Below are positions 19,435-28,808 of a stretch of DNA of 64,000 bases, piece by piece. A program made the translations under genes and the position numbers. Source of the stretch: Clostridiaceae bacterium (lineage in GTDB: Bacteria > Bacillota > Clostridia > Acetivibrionales > DUMC01). The stretch spans positions 30,594-94,593 of the forward strand of contig DUMC01000126.1 in the NCBI GenBank assembly GCA_012840075.1, written 5' to 3'. Numbering within the stretch: position 1 is the stretch's first letter; each line of letters begins with the position of its first letter. The notes under the pieces are model-generated. The model did no database searches, was not told the DNA's origin, and worked only from the letters and a program-made list of their open reading frames with translations.

Positions 19435-20640
19435 GTGAACATAAAAAATTTAAATAAGGAAAAAAGAGCTTCGAAAGAAGGCTTTACAAGTTTTTTTAAT
19501 TCAAAAGGATTTTATATAATTTTAATCCTTTCAATAATCATAATCGGTGGAGCTACTATCTTTATAACAAGGCAAAGCTTAAGTTCCATATCTGAAAATG
19601 AAGATTTAATGCCCGGTGATTTTGAAGATTATCTGGTTGATTATGAGGATGATTTTGCCCAAGATGATTTAGCAGATACTGACTATGAAGGAAATGAGAC
19701 TGCAGAAAACGAAGGGAATGAAGTTGATACTTCTGCTGATGATGCGGCTGACAATGCATCAAGTATAAACAATGAAACGGCTGAAGATCAGGAAGACAAT
19801 CAGATAATCCAAGAAAAAGAAACTTCCGGTGATATGGGGGCTTCCGAAGATAAAGAAGTTTCTAAAGACGGTGAAAGTAATTATCTTCAAAAACCTGACA
19901 GTACGGTGACAACAAATAACATAGCCGCAAGGGATGAAAAACAAGCTAGCGAGAAGCTGCCACAAGCTGAAAATGCACCGGCACAACCAAATACACAAGC
20001 GGATAGTGTTGCAGTTGGAAGTGAAACTCAGGCAGTAAAGATACCGGATATTAAAGAAAATGATAAAGAAAAAGAAGAGCGACAGGAGGATAAGGAAGAG
20101 AATAACAACAGGGAAAACAACGATAAAAATCAGGAGACAAATGACGGAAAGAAAACATCGGTAAATGAAGGTACAGAGGAAGGAAAAGCTGATGGAGAAA
20201 TAACCGAAGTGAACCGAGAGAGTGAAGAAGTAGATTTTATCATGCCAGTTTATGGATCCATCATATATGATTATTCTATGGACAAGTTAGCGTATTCGGT
20301 AACCCTCAATGATTGGAGAACACACAACGGTTTGGATATAGCTGTTGCCAGAGGAACGCCCGTTAAAGCCGTTGCAGACGGTGTTGTTATTGGTGTTTAT
20401 GAAGATCCTAAAATGGGATTTACTGTAATAATTGATCATGAAAACGGGTTAAAAACCGTTTACTCAAATCTCGCATCAGGAGACATAGTAGTACCAAATC
20501 AGATTGTTACTCAAGGAGAGACGATAGGTTCTGTTGGTAACACGGCTCTATATGAAATTGCCCTTGAACCACATTTGCACTTTGAAGTATTAAAAGATGA
20601 CGAACATGTAGATCCAAAGCTATATTTACCAAGCTATTGA
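19435..20640 (+). CDS. membrane-anchored M23/LytM peptidase with a long acidic linker; SpoIIQ-like by position
   Basis: Start trimmed to GTG 19435 (GGAGGTGG, then 5 nt). TM helix FYIILILSIIIIGGATIFI. An acidic D/E/N/K-rich linker of about 210 aa. C-terminal LytM domain with an intact metal site (HNGLD ... EPHLHFEV). The murA, spoIID, M23 gene order matches the spoIIQ position in other Clostridia. Confidence 0.7.
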   Translation: MNIKNLNKEKRASKEGFTSFFNSKGFYIILILSIIIIGGATIFITRQSLSSISENEDLMPGDFEDYLVDYEDDFAQDDLADTDYEGNETAENEGNEVDTSADDAADNASSINNETAEDQEDNQIIQEKETSGDMGASEDKEVSKDGESNYLQKPDSTVTTNNIAARDEKQASEKLPQAENAPAQPNTQADSVAVGSETQAVKIPDIKENDKEKEERQEDKEENNNRENNDKNQETNDGKKTSVNEGTEEGKADGEITEVNRESEEVDFIMPVYGSIIYDYSMDKLAYSVTLNDWRTHNGLDIAVARGTPVKAVADGVVIGVYEDPKMGFTVIIDHENGLKTVYSNLASGDIVVPNQIVTQGETIGSVGNTALYEIALEPHLHFEVLKDDEHVDPKLYLPSY

Positions 20641-20726
20641 TTGCTATTTTATTAAATAGTTAAATTATTTATTTTATTAAATGGTTAAATTTATCTATCA
20701 TGGAAATTTGGATTATTAAATAATAA

Positions 20727-20767
20727 AGAGCAGATAACTTCCGGTTTTATCTGCTCTGTGATTTTTT
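20727..20767. terminator. bidirectional intrinsic terminator between the convergent SpoIIQ-like and mreB-family genes
   Basis: AGAGCAGATAA (20727-20737) pairs with TTATCTGCTCT (20747-20757), loop CTTCCGGTT. GTGATTTTTT lies downstream on the + strand, and an A-rich tract upstream supplies the T-run for the - strand. Confidence 0.6.
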
Positions 20768-20768
20768 C

Positions 20769-21797
20769 TTAACGCCTTATCCTAGCTTCTGAAGCATAGC
20801 TATACTCGAGTTCATCAAGACTTTCAAGAGCTTTACCTGTCCCCAGAGCAACACATGATATGGCGTCTTCTGCAATAACCACGTTAATGCCCGTTTCTTT
20901 TTGTATGAGCTTGTCTAAACCATAAATAAGGCCGCCCCCTCCTGTCATTACAATGCCTCTGTCGCCAATATCCGCTGCAAGTTCGGGAGGAGTTCTTTCG
21001 AGCACGGAATGTACGGCTTCTACAATAGCAGATACGGATTCTTCCAAAGCCTCCATGATTTCAGATGATGAAACTGTTATTGTTTTAGGTAATCCGGATA
21101 TCAAATTCCTTCCCCTAACTTCCATTGTAACTTCCTGTACCCTTGGATATACTGCCCCGATATTTATCTTTAATTCTTCTGCTGTACGTTCACCGATCAT
21201 GATATTATGTTTTTTACGCATATATCTTACAATAGCTTCGTCAAAAGTATCGCCGGCAATTTTAATCGATGTACTTACAACGATTCCTCCGAGAGATATT
21301 ACTGCTATATCCGTTGTACCTCCACCTACATCTATAATCATGCTGCCACAAGCTTTTGAAATATCTATACCGGCTCCTATTGCTGCTGCTATAGGTTCTT
21401 CAATAAGATAAGTTTTTCTTGCGCCTGCCTGGATTGCAGCATCTATTACCGCTCTTCTTTCTACCTCCGTGACTCCGCTTGGAACGCATACAACAATCCT
21501 TGGACTAAATATCTTTAGAAATCTTCCGCCGCAAACTTTATTCAAAAAATACTTCAACATCTTTTCAGTTATTTCATAATCTGATATAACACCGTCTTTT
21601 AAAGGTCTGATAGCAACTATATTACCTGGCGTACGACCTAGCATTCTTCGAGCTTCTTCACCAACTGCAAGTATTTTATTGGTATTTTTATCTATTGCAA
21701 CAACAGAAGGTTCTCTTAGCACTATACCTTTACCTTTTACATACAAGAGAATGGTTGCAGTACCCAGATCTATACCTATATCCAGTCCGAAAGCCAA
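20769..21797 (-). CDS. mreB: rod-shape-determining protein, MreB/Mbl family
   Basis: Actin-like ATPase motifs [37 protein letters not shown] and [10 protein letters not shown]. The start is probably TTG 21797 (AAAGGGG, then 9 nt); the ATG at 21806 abuts the SD. The neighbourhood with spoIIID and flhO/flhP-type genes resembles the B. subtilis mbl locus. Confidence 0.9.
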   Translation of the reverse strand: MAFGLDIGIDLGTATILLYVKGKGIVLREPSVVAIDKNTNKILAVGEEARRMLGRTPGNIVAIRPLKDGVISDYEITEKMLKYFLNKVCGGRFLKIFSPRIVVCVPSGVTEVERRAVIDAAIQAGARKTYLIEEPIAAAIGAGIDISKACGSMIIDVGGGTTDIAVISLGGIVVSTSIKIAGDTFDEAIVRYMRKKHNIMIGERTAEELKINIGAVYPRVQEVTMEVRGRNLISGLPKTITVSSSEIMEALEESVSAIVEAVHSVLERTPPELAADIGDRGIVMTGGGGLIYGLDKLIQKETGINVVIAEDAISCVALGTGKALESLDELEYSYASEARIRR

Positions 21798-22286
21798 TAA
21801 CAACATCCCCTTTTTTTACCTATTTAGTAAAACATATTTATAATATGTTATAAATGTATTTATGCTTATAATATACGTATTTATAGTTAATACGTTTACA
21901 TATCGAATTTTCATGACTCGATACTCATACATCATAATTTTACCAACAATGATTAAATATTGCAACAAGTTTATAAGTAACAAGTCAAATTCTTAAAATA
22001 TTTTAATTTAATCATTGAAAACCGCTCTATACTATTAATTATCATCATTTATCAACTTTTGTATTCACTAAAATCAATATTCTTTGAAATGTATTATATT
22101 CCTTCTGCTAAAAATGAAGGCTTTCCTAACGCAACAGAAATTTTACCAATTCGTATTTCTTTCTCATAAGCAGCAAATAAAAGGCATATATATACAATGT
22201 GAGAAAAATGGTAGTAAAGCAGATAAACAAGCATTTTGCCGGGTTTAGGGACAATATCTCAATGTTTGTTCAAGGGGGGTCGACTA

Positions 22287-22550
22287 TTGAAAGATTATAT
22301 TGAAGAGAGAGCTATAGAATTGGCATATTACATATTAGATAAAAAAGCTACTGTACGAGCTGCAGCGAAGAAGTTCGGGATTAGCAAGAGCACTGTACAT
22401 AAAGACATAACGGAGAGACTTCAACGGATAAACACTGAATTAGCCGATAAAGTAAGAATAGTGCTTAATGAAAATAAAGCAGAAAGGCACATTAGAGGAG
22501 GCCAAGCGACTAAAATGCGTTATGCTATGAGCAAGACTAAAACAAAATAG
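22287..22550 (+). CDS. spoIIID: sporulation transcriptional regulator SpoIIID
   Basis: Start trimmed to TTG 22287 (AAGGGGGG, then 8 nt). (L)KDYIEERAIELAYYILDKKATVRAAAKKFGISKSTVHKDITERL...HIRGGQATKMRY aligns collinearly, from memory, with B. subtilis SpoIIID (MHDYIKERTIKIG...FGVSKSTVHKDLTERL...HLRGGEATKLKY). Confidence 0.9.
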   Translation: MKDYIEERAIELAYYILDKKATVRAAAKKFGISKSTVHKDITERLQRINTELADKVRIVLNENKAERHIRGGQATKMRYAMSKTKTK

Positions 22551-22752
22551 CAAAATAACTAAATAGCTAAATAGCAGAAAGTAAAAGCATGAGTAACGAT
22601 TATTATAAAAATGATAAATATAAACCAATTAAAAGAAAAATGAAAAATATATTTTTGGTATGAAAAAATTTTAAAGAAATATAAAGAAATATGAAATATA
22701 GAAATAATTGAATTTAGAAATAAATTATAATTTTTTATTAAACTGAAAATAA

Positions 22753-22790
22753 AAAAGATTTTTGGTCAATACCAAAGATCTTTTTTGTTG
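22753..22790 (+). terminator. intrinsic terminator downstream of spoIIID
   Basis: AAAAGATTTTTGG (22753-22765) pairs with CCAAAGATCTTTT (22772-22784) with one mismatch, running into a TTTTTTG tail. Confidence 0.55.
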
Positions 22791-23409
22791 GTTTTCTATA
22801 TTTATTCATAATACAATAAATATACCTTTATTAAAACCAATGAAAACGTACTTAGGATTCCACCGCAGATTATACCTAACCCTGTATCTTTTGAGGCATA
22901 TAAAAAAGTTTGGGTTAATTTAAATTTTTTAAGATATACATTTAACAGCTTTTTTATTACATTTATGAAACTTTTGGGAGTAGTATTATCTTGTTCGATT
23001 GTAGGTTTTGGTTTTGCAATGTTTGAATACGGAGAAATATTTGCCAAGAGGCTGTTGTTCCGGCACTTAGAGTCTCTTGGCCAAATACTCTTCATATAAA
23101 ATAAATGCACCCATTATTAATATTAATTTTTTCATAAATTTTTTATAAATAAAAAAGAAAATAATAGCCGAAATGGACATTTCCTAAAATGATACTTATT
23201 TATTAGATGATATAAGGGATTAATGTTAGATATAAAGGATTAATGATATAGGAAATGTCCTTTTTTATTTCCATAATAAATCCTTTCTTATTTTCATAAG
23301 AGAACATTTTAGCTTTCAAAGATAGTAGAGATAATGTAGCGCAAAACTTGCATCAAGTGCTGACAAATAAATCCCATAGTGATATACTTAACTTTAGAGG
23401 TGTGAAGCT

Positions 23410-23976
23410 ATGGCTAATGAAATAATTGATAATATTGAAGGCAATCCCGTTATTGCAGCTATTAGGAACGAGGAAGATATTGATATCGCAATAAAATCGG
23501 AAGTATCTTCGGTGTTTCTTTTAAAAGCCGATATATTTAACGTAGGTAACTATGTAAATAAAATCAAGAGCAGCGGAAAGTATGTGTTTGTTCATTTTGA
23601 ATTCCTTGAGGGGCTTGGAAGAGATAATAAAGCCATCGATTATATTGCCGAAGTAATAAAACCCGACGGAATCATTACAACCCGCAGCAACCACGTTAAA
23701 TATGCCGAAGAAAGAGGTTTATTTACAATTCAACGCTTTTTCCTTGTTGATAGTCAATCATACGAAACAGCAATAAAATCATTGCAAAATGTAAAACCTG
23801 ATATGGTAGAAATAATGCCTGCAGTGATGCCAAATGTCATAAGGCGCTTTAAAAAAGAAATCACCATTCCTGTCATAGCCGGAGGACTAATTGACAGCAA
23901 GGAAGATATCATAGATATTTTAAAAGCAGGTGCGCTGGGAGTATCTACAGGCAAAAAAGACCTTTGGGGAGTCTAG
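23410..23976 (+). CDS. glpP: glycerol-3-phosphate-responsive antiterminator GlpP
   Basis: 188 aa. AGAGGTG RBS. GlpP-family blocks PVIAAIRNEEDI, VFLLKADIFN, DGIITTRSNHVKYAEERGLFTIQRFFLVDS, PVIAGGLI and GALGVSTGKKDLW. Confidence 0.85.
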   Translation: MANEIIDNIEGNPVIAAIRNEEDIDIAIKSEVSSVFLLKADIFNVGNYVNKIKSSGKYVFVHFEFLEGLGRDNKAIDYIAEVIKPDGIITTRSNHVKYAEERGLFTIQRFFLVDSQSYETAIKSLQNVKPDMVEIMPAVMPNVIRRFKKEITIPVIAGGLIDSKEDIIDILKAGALGVSTGKKDLWGV

Positions 23977-23978
23977 CA

Positions 23979-24069
23979 AGGTAAGGAGACACATCTCATT
24001 GAAGGGATGTTACCTTTTGATTAGGAGATACATTTTATTTGAGGAATTTGAGGAATGTTCCCCCTTTAA
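23979..24069 (+). repeat. two degenerate Family-B units directly after the glpP stop
   Basis: GGTAAGGAGACACATCTCATTGAAGGGATGTTACCTTTTGATTAG, followed by GAGATACATTTTATTTGAGGAATTTGAGGAATGTTCCCCCTTTAAA. Both are recognisably derived from the 4432-4649 unit (GGTAAGGGGACACACCTCTTCGAGGAATGTCCCCTTTTGATCGG). Confidence 0.5.
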
Positions 24070-24306
24070 ATTATCAATTTTTTCATATAAAAATAAATGC
24101 GCTCTACTATAAAATACACTATTGTAGTTAAGTGAATAATATAGTAAAATATAATTAAATATAGCAAAAAATGTAGTAAAATATAATTACATCAAGATAA
24201 TTACTGCAATATAAGTTGAACGTTATAGAATTGTTTGACTTTACATTTTTTTACAATAACATTTTTAGCAGAAAAATTTAATCATATGTGATTTTTGTGG
24301 AGATTT

Positions 24307-24366
24307 GGAGTCACGTTAAGTACGGACCTAAAAAGGTCCTTGCTTGTTGTGACTCCTTTTCTCATT
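24307..24366 (+). promoter_or_regulatory. leader intrinsic terminator upstream of the glpA-like gene; candidate GlpP antitermination target
   Basis: GGAGTCAC (24307-14) pairs with GTGACTCC (24349-56), enclosing an inner hairpin GGACC-TAAAAA-GGTCC (24324-39). It is followed by TTTTCTCATT and lies about 35 nt before the likely start codon. Confidence 0.6.
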
Positions 24367-24398
24367 ATAAGGGGGTAGTATGTATAATAAGAGGGAGT

Positions 24399-25925
24399 AT
24401 GATTACAAATAACGTTGGAATAGTTAATGAAATGTGTATTTATGATGTGGCAATAATTGGCGGAGGGGTAATAGGTTGTAACATTGCGAGGTATCTTTCC
24501 AAATATAATTTAAAGATTTGTTTGATTGAAAAAGAAAGTGATGTTGCGTGCAGAACCAGCAGTGCTAACAGCGGTATTGTGCATGCGGGGTATGACGCCG
24601 TCCCCGGAACATTAAAGGCAAAATTTAATGTCCGGGGAAATGAGATGATGGATGAGATTTCTCATGATTTGGATGTACCTTTTAAAAGAATAGGTTCTCT
24701 TGTTATTGCATTTGATGAAAAAGATATGGAAATCTTAAAGGAATTGTATGAGAGAGGGATTAGCAACGGGGTACCGGATATGCAAATCCTGGATGGCAAC
24801 CAAGTACGGGAAAAGGAACCGGCGGTAAACAGCAAAGTGATAGGTGCCTTATATGCTCCAACTGCGGGCATTATATGTCCTTATGAACTTACTATCGGAG
24901 CAGCGGAAATAGCTGTACAAAACGGAGTTGAATTGATGCTGGACAGCGAGGTAGTTGCTATAAAGGTCGTTCATATTGATGTTAAAAATATTGAAAATAC
25001 ATCAGGCAGTGTTGATGGTATAAACATCGGTAAGGTTTATGAAATAGAACTAAAGGGAAGTCAAACAAAAATTTATTCTAGATATATTGTAAATGCTGCA
25101 GGAGTATACTCCGATAAAATAGCTGCTATGGTTGGTGATACAAGTTTTACTGTCACTCCGAGAAAAGGTGAATACCTTCTCATGGATAAAAACCAAGGTA
25201 AAATTGTCAACTCCGTAATATTTCAGACACCTTCCCAGATGGGCAAGGGAATTCTTGTATCCCCGACAGTAGACGGAAACTTGCTTTTAGGTCCCACTGC
25301 GAAGAATATTGAGGATAAAGAAGATATATCTACGGATAGAACCGGTTTGTCTCAGGTCATACAAGGAGCATTAAGGTCAGTTCCAGATGTTGATTTGAGT
25401 AAAGTTATAACTTCTTTCAGTGGATTGAGGGCAGTCTCTTCTACTGGGGATTTCATAATAGGGGAATCCAAAGCGGCAAGAGGGTTTATTAACGTTGCAG
25501 GAATTGAATCCCCCGGTTTAACAGCGGCTCCTGCTATTGCCGAGTATGTAGCGCAACTACTTGAAAAGGCAGGTTTAATCCTGGTTTTAAAAGATAATTA
25601 CATGAAAGTAAGGAAACCTTTTAAAAGATTTAGAAATTTACAAGAAAACGAATTAAGAGAGCTGATAAAGAAAAACCCGTTGTATGGCAACATAATATGC
25701 AGGTGTGAAAAAGTTTCGGCAGCAGAGATTGTAGAAGCTATACGCAGACCTGCAGGAGCAAGAACACTTGATGGTGTGAAAAGAAGGACGCGGGCAGGCA
25801 TGGGCCGTTGCCAAGGTGGTTTCTGTACCCCAAGGATTATGCATATATTATCTCAAGAGCTTGGAATCCCTATGGAAAAAGTAACAAAATCAGGAGGAGA
25901 TTCATGGATGATCCTTAACAGATAA
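24399..25925 (+). CDS. FAD-dependent glycerol-3-phosphate dehydrogenase/oxidase-like oxidoreductase with a BFD-like [2Fe-2S] C-terminal domain
   Basis: The ORF-track start (24288) runs through the leader terminator. The start is trimmed to ATG 24399, with ATG 24432 as an alternative. FAD fold YDVAIIGGGVIGCNIARYLS. DAO-type body. C-terminal CRCEKVSAAEIVEAIRRP...RAGMGRCQGGFC (BFD-like Cys pattern). Confidence 0.85.
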   Translation: MITNNVGIVNEMCIYDVAIIGGGVIGCNIARYLSKYNLKICLIEKESDVACRTSSANSGIVHAGYDAVPGTLKAKFNVRGNEMMDEISHDLDVPFKRIGSLVIAFDEKDMEILKELYERGISNGVPDMQILDGNQVREKEPAVNSKVIGALYAPTAGIICPYELTIGAAEIAVQNGVELMLDSEVVAIKVVHIDVKNIENTSGSVDGINIGKVYEIELKGSQTKIYSRYIVNAAGVYSDKIAAMVGDTSFTVTPRKGEYLLMDKNQGKIVNSVIFQTPSQMGKGILVSPTVDGNLLLGPTAKNIEDKEDISTDRTGLSQVIQGALRSVPDVDLSKVITSFSGLRAVSSTGDFIIGESKAARGFINVAGIESPGLTAAPAIAEYVAQLLEKAGLILVLKDNYMKVRKPFKRFRNLQENELRELIKKNPLYGNIICRCEKVSAAEIVEAIRRPAGARTLDGVKRRTRAGMGRCQGGFCTPRIMHILSQELGIPMEKVTKSGGDSWMILNR

Positions 25926-26095
25926 AGGATAATAAGCGGTGCGTACAATAATAAGCTTAATAATAAGCTCTTAATTAAGATTTCAAATAAGATTTCAGGA
26001 AAATTTGTCAACTTTTATCAAACTTATTAATTTATATAATGTTGAAATGGTAAATGGAATCAATTGGATTTGTTGAATTTTGGAAGGTGATTGAT

Positions 26096-27706
26096 ATGCG
26101 AGAAGCAGGTTTAATTAAAAATATAGATCTTATTGGAGATGCAGATTTTATTGAAGAAGCAGATCCTATTAAAGAAGACTTTATCGAAGAAGATTTAGTC
26201 AAAGGCGCAGATTTTGCAGATTTTATAAAAGAAACAGATCTCATTGTAATAGGCGGAGGACCTGCAGGACTTGCTGCTGCGATTGAAGCAAGGGAACGAG
26301 GGGTTGAGGATATTATAATAATAGAAAGAGACCAAGAACTGGGTGGTATCCTTCAGCAATGTATTCATACGGGCTTTGGACTTAAAATCTTTAAAGAAGA
26401 GCTTACAGGTCCTGAATACGCAGGTAGATTTATCAAGCAACTGGAAGAAAAGAATATACAGTATATGTTGAATACCATGGTAATTGATATTACTAGGGAA
26501 AAGGTTGTAACAGCGGTTAATCCTTCAGAGGGGTTGTTAAAATTGAAAGCTAAAGCTATAATTCTTGCCATGGGCTGTAGGGAAAGAACACGTGGGGCTC
26601 TTAATATCCCTGGAACAAGACCTGCCGGGGTATATACTGCCGGCACAGCCCAGCGATTAATAAATATCGAAGGTTATATGCCCGGCAAGAATGTAGTAAT
26701 ACTTGGCTCCGGCGACATAGGGCTGATAATGGCAAGACGTTTAACACTGGAAGGAGCCCAAGTGAAAATGGTATGCGAACTTATGCCATATCCTGGAGGA
26801 TTAAAAAGGAATATTGTCCAGTGCCTTGAAGATTTTAACATTCCTCTTAAGCTAAGCCATACTGTTGTAAACATTCATGGAAACAAGAGATTAGAAGGTG
26901 TTACAATAGCAAGAGTGGACGAAAACAGAAAGCCCATACCGGGAACTGAGGAATATGTGGAATGTGACACTTTATTGCTTTCGGTTGGTCTAATTCCCGA
27001 AAATGAGCTGTCAAGTGAAGCAGGAGTGGAAATAGATCCGCTTACCGGCGGTCCTGTGGTTAATGATTCAATGGAAACTTCCATAAGGGGTATATTTGCT
27101 TGCGGAAATGTAGTACATGTTCATGACCTGGTGGATAATGTAACTGAAGAAAGCAGAATTGCCGGACGAGGAGCTGCAGAGTATATATTGGCCGGGTTGC
27201 ATGAAAGAAAAGGAGGATTAGCAAGAAATCAGGAAGGACTCAAATATATTGGAGTAACTCATGAGAAAGAAATTCAGGAGAAAGGAAAAGAAATTCAGAA
27301 GAATGAAATAAAAGAGAATGAAATAAAAGAGGGGGAAACTCAAGAGAACGCGGTATGGGTTAGACCGGGTAAGGGAATAAGATATGTTGTGCCGCAGAAA
27401 ATATTACCGGGACATTTATTAAATCCTGTTGACGGATATTCTAAAAACGAAATTAAATTATTGTTCAGGGTGAATAATATATATTCAAATGTCAGAATTA
27501 GTTTAATGGCAGAAGGCAAAACCGTTCACTCCGTGAAGAGGTTGAAAGTGGCTCCGGGTGAAATGGAAAGTATGTCTATTACTAAAAGACTTATGGAAAA
27601 AATTATGGCTGAGTTTGAACATACTGATACTGATGAAGAAAGAAATCTCAACAAGGAAAAAGGTAAAAAAGAAGTAATTTTACAGCTTGAGGAAATAAGT
27701 ATATAA
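26096..27706 (+). CDS. NAD(P)/FAD-dependent pyridine-nucleotide-disulfide-family oxidoreductase (second component of the glpA-like set)
   Basis: Start trimmed to ATG 26096 (GGAAGGTGA, then 5 nt). Two dinucleotide folds (LIVIGGGPAGLAAAIEA; VVILGSGDIGLIMARRL) and FACGNVVHVHD. Carries an acidic repeat N-terminal extension and a K/E/I/Q-rich insert (KEIQEKGKEIQKNEIKENEIKEGETQE). Confidence 0.8.
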   Translation: MREAGLIKNIDLIGDADFIEEADPIKEDFIEEDLVKGADFADFIKETDLIVIGGGPAGLAAAIEARERGVEDIIIIERDQELGGILQQCIHTGFGLKIFKEELTGPEYAGRFIKQLEEKNIQYMLNTMVIDITREKVVTAVNPSEGLLKLKAKAIILAMGCRERTRGALNIPGTRPAGVYTAGTAQRLINIEGYMPGKNVVILGSGDIGLIMARRLTLEGAQVKMVCELMPYPGGLKRNIVQCLEDFNIPLKLSHTVVNIHGNKRLEGVTIARVDENRKPIPGTEEYVECDTLLLSVGLIPENELSSEAGVEIDPLTGGPVVNDSMETSIRGIFACGNVVHVHDLVDNVTEESRIAGRGAAEYILAGLHERKGGLARNQEGLKYIGVTHEKEIQEKGKEIQKNEIKENEIKEGETQENAVWVRPGKGIRYVVPQKILPGHLLNPVDGYSKNEIKLLFRVNNIYSNVRISLMAEGKTVHSVKRLKVAPGEMESMSITKRLMEKIMAEFEHTDTDEERNLNKEKGKKEVILQLEEISI

Positions 27707-27811
27707 TTAGGATTGTTAAATGCATAAGTGTCGTTAATAATTACAAATGGCTAAGTTTGAACATTGATATTTGAACGTTGATTATATATGTCAATATGGA
27801 GGGGCGGAAAA

Positions 27812-28711
27812 TTGAATAATAATGGTGGAAAATTGAATAATAGCGGCGGAAAGGCGAATAATATCGGAAATAAAAATTTCGGTGATAGTAGCTTGGATAA
27901 TAATTTTAATAATAGTAACTTAAATAGTAGCTTGGACAAACTTAAAGAGAAAAAATTATTCATACTTGACATGGATGGTACCTTTTACTTGGGGAACAGA
28001 ATTTTGGACGGTTCTTTAGATTTTATTGAGAAATTAAGAAAAACGGGAAGAGATTTTTTATTCTTCACTAACAACGCATCCAAAACCTCTGAATTCTATA
28101 TTAAAAAGCTGGCAGCTATGGGCTGCGAGATAACTGCAAAAAATATTGCCACAGCGGGTGATGTTACTATTGAATTTTTACATGAAAATTATCCCGGAAA
28201 AAGTGTTTACCTGGTGGGAACGCCGCTTCTTGAGGAGGAATTTGAAAGAAAAGGAATTAAACTGATTCAAGACAATCCGGATATCGTTGTAGTTAGTTTT
28301 GATTTAACTTTGACATATGAAAAATTATCAAAAGCATGTACTTTTATTCGTAATGGGAGTGAATTTATTGCAACCCATATGGATATTAACTGTCCAACTG
28401 AAGATGGTTTTATCCCTGATTGCGGTTCAATATGCGCAGCAATAATAACTTCTACCGGAGTAAAACCGAGATATCTTGGAAAACCATTCAAGGAAACCAT
28501 TGAGATGATTGAAAGGATTACGGGGTATAAAAAAGAAGAAATGGTGATTATTGGCGACAGGCTTTATACAGATATTGCTACGGGATTTAATAACGGAGTG
28601 ACAAGTATACTCGTTCTTACCGGAGAAACAAAAATGGAAGACCTTGAAGGTTCGAACATTAAACCTGATTACGTATTCCAATCTCTTAAGAATATAATAG
28701 AATGGTTGTAG
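27812..28711 (+). CDS. HAD-IIA family sugar-phosphate phosphatase (NagD/AraL-like)
   Basis: Probable start TTG 27812 (GGAGGGG, then 7 nt), with ATG 27788 as an alternative. HAD motif I FILDMDGTFY, motif II FFTNNAS, motif III/IV GKP...IIGDRLYTDI. Has an N/G/S-rich N-terminal extension of about 50 aa. Confidence 0.8.
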   Translation: MNNNGGKLNNSGGKANNIGNKNFGDSSLDNNFNNSNLNSSLDKLKEKKLFILDMDGTFYLGNRILDGSLDFIEKLRKTGRDFLFFTNNASKTSEFYIKKLAAMGCEITAKNIATAGDVTIEFLHENYPGKSVYLVGTPLLEEEFERKGIKLIQDNPDIVVVSFDLTLTYEKLSKACTFIRNGSEFIATHMDINCPTEDGFIPDCGSICAAIITSTGVKPRYLGKPFKETIEMIERITGYKKEEMVIIGDRLYTDIATGFNNGVTSILVLTGETKMEDLEGSNIKPDYVFQSLKNIIEWL

Positions 28712-28808
28712 ATGGTTATGATTGCAGTTTATTTTAGAGATTAGATAAATTTAGATTAAAATAAAAAGTTAGAAAAATTTAGATAGAAATAAAAAAATTA
28801 AGCAAGGG

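Noticed and set aside
22802-23110. 102-aa ORF on the minus strand in the spoIIID-glpP spacer.
   Set aside because: It has a GTG start with no SD and no recognisable domain, and its composition looks like translated AT-rich spacer. It could be real, but I cannot support it. The spacer also contains a long-loop hairpin (GGACATTTCCTA...TAGGAAATGTCC+T6, 23173-23270) of unclear meaning.
24288-24398. N-terminal 37 codons of the track ORF for the glpA-like gene.
   Set aside because: This segment contains the complete leader terminator hairpin and T-run. The conserved FAD-binding N-terminus (YDVAIIGGG) begins right after ATG 24399/24432.
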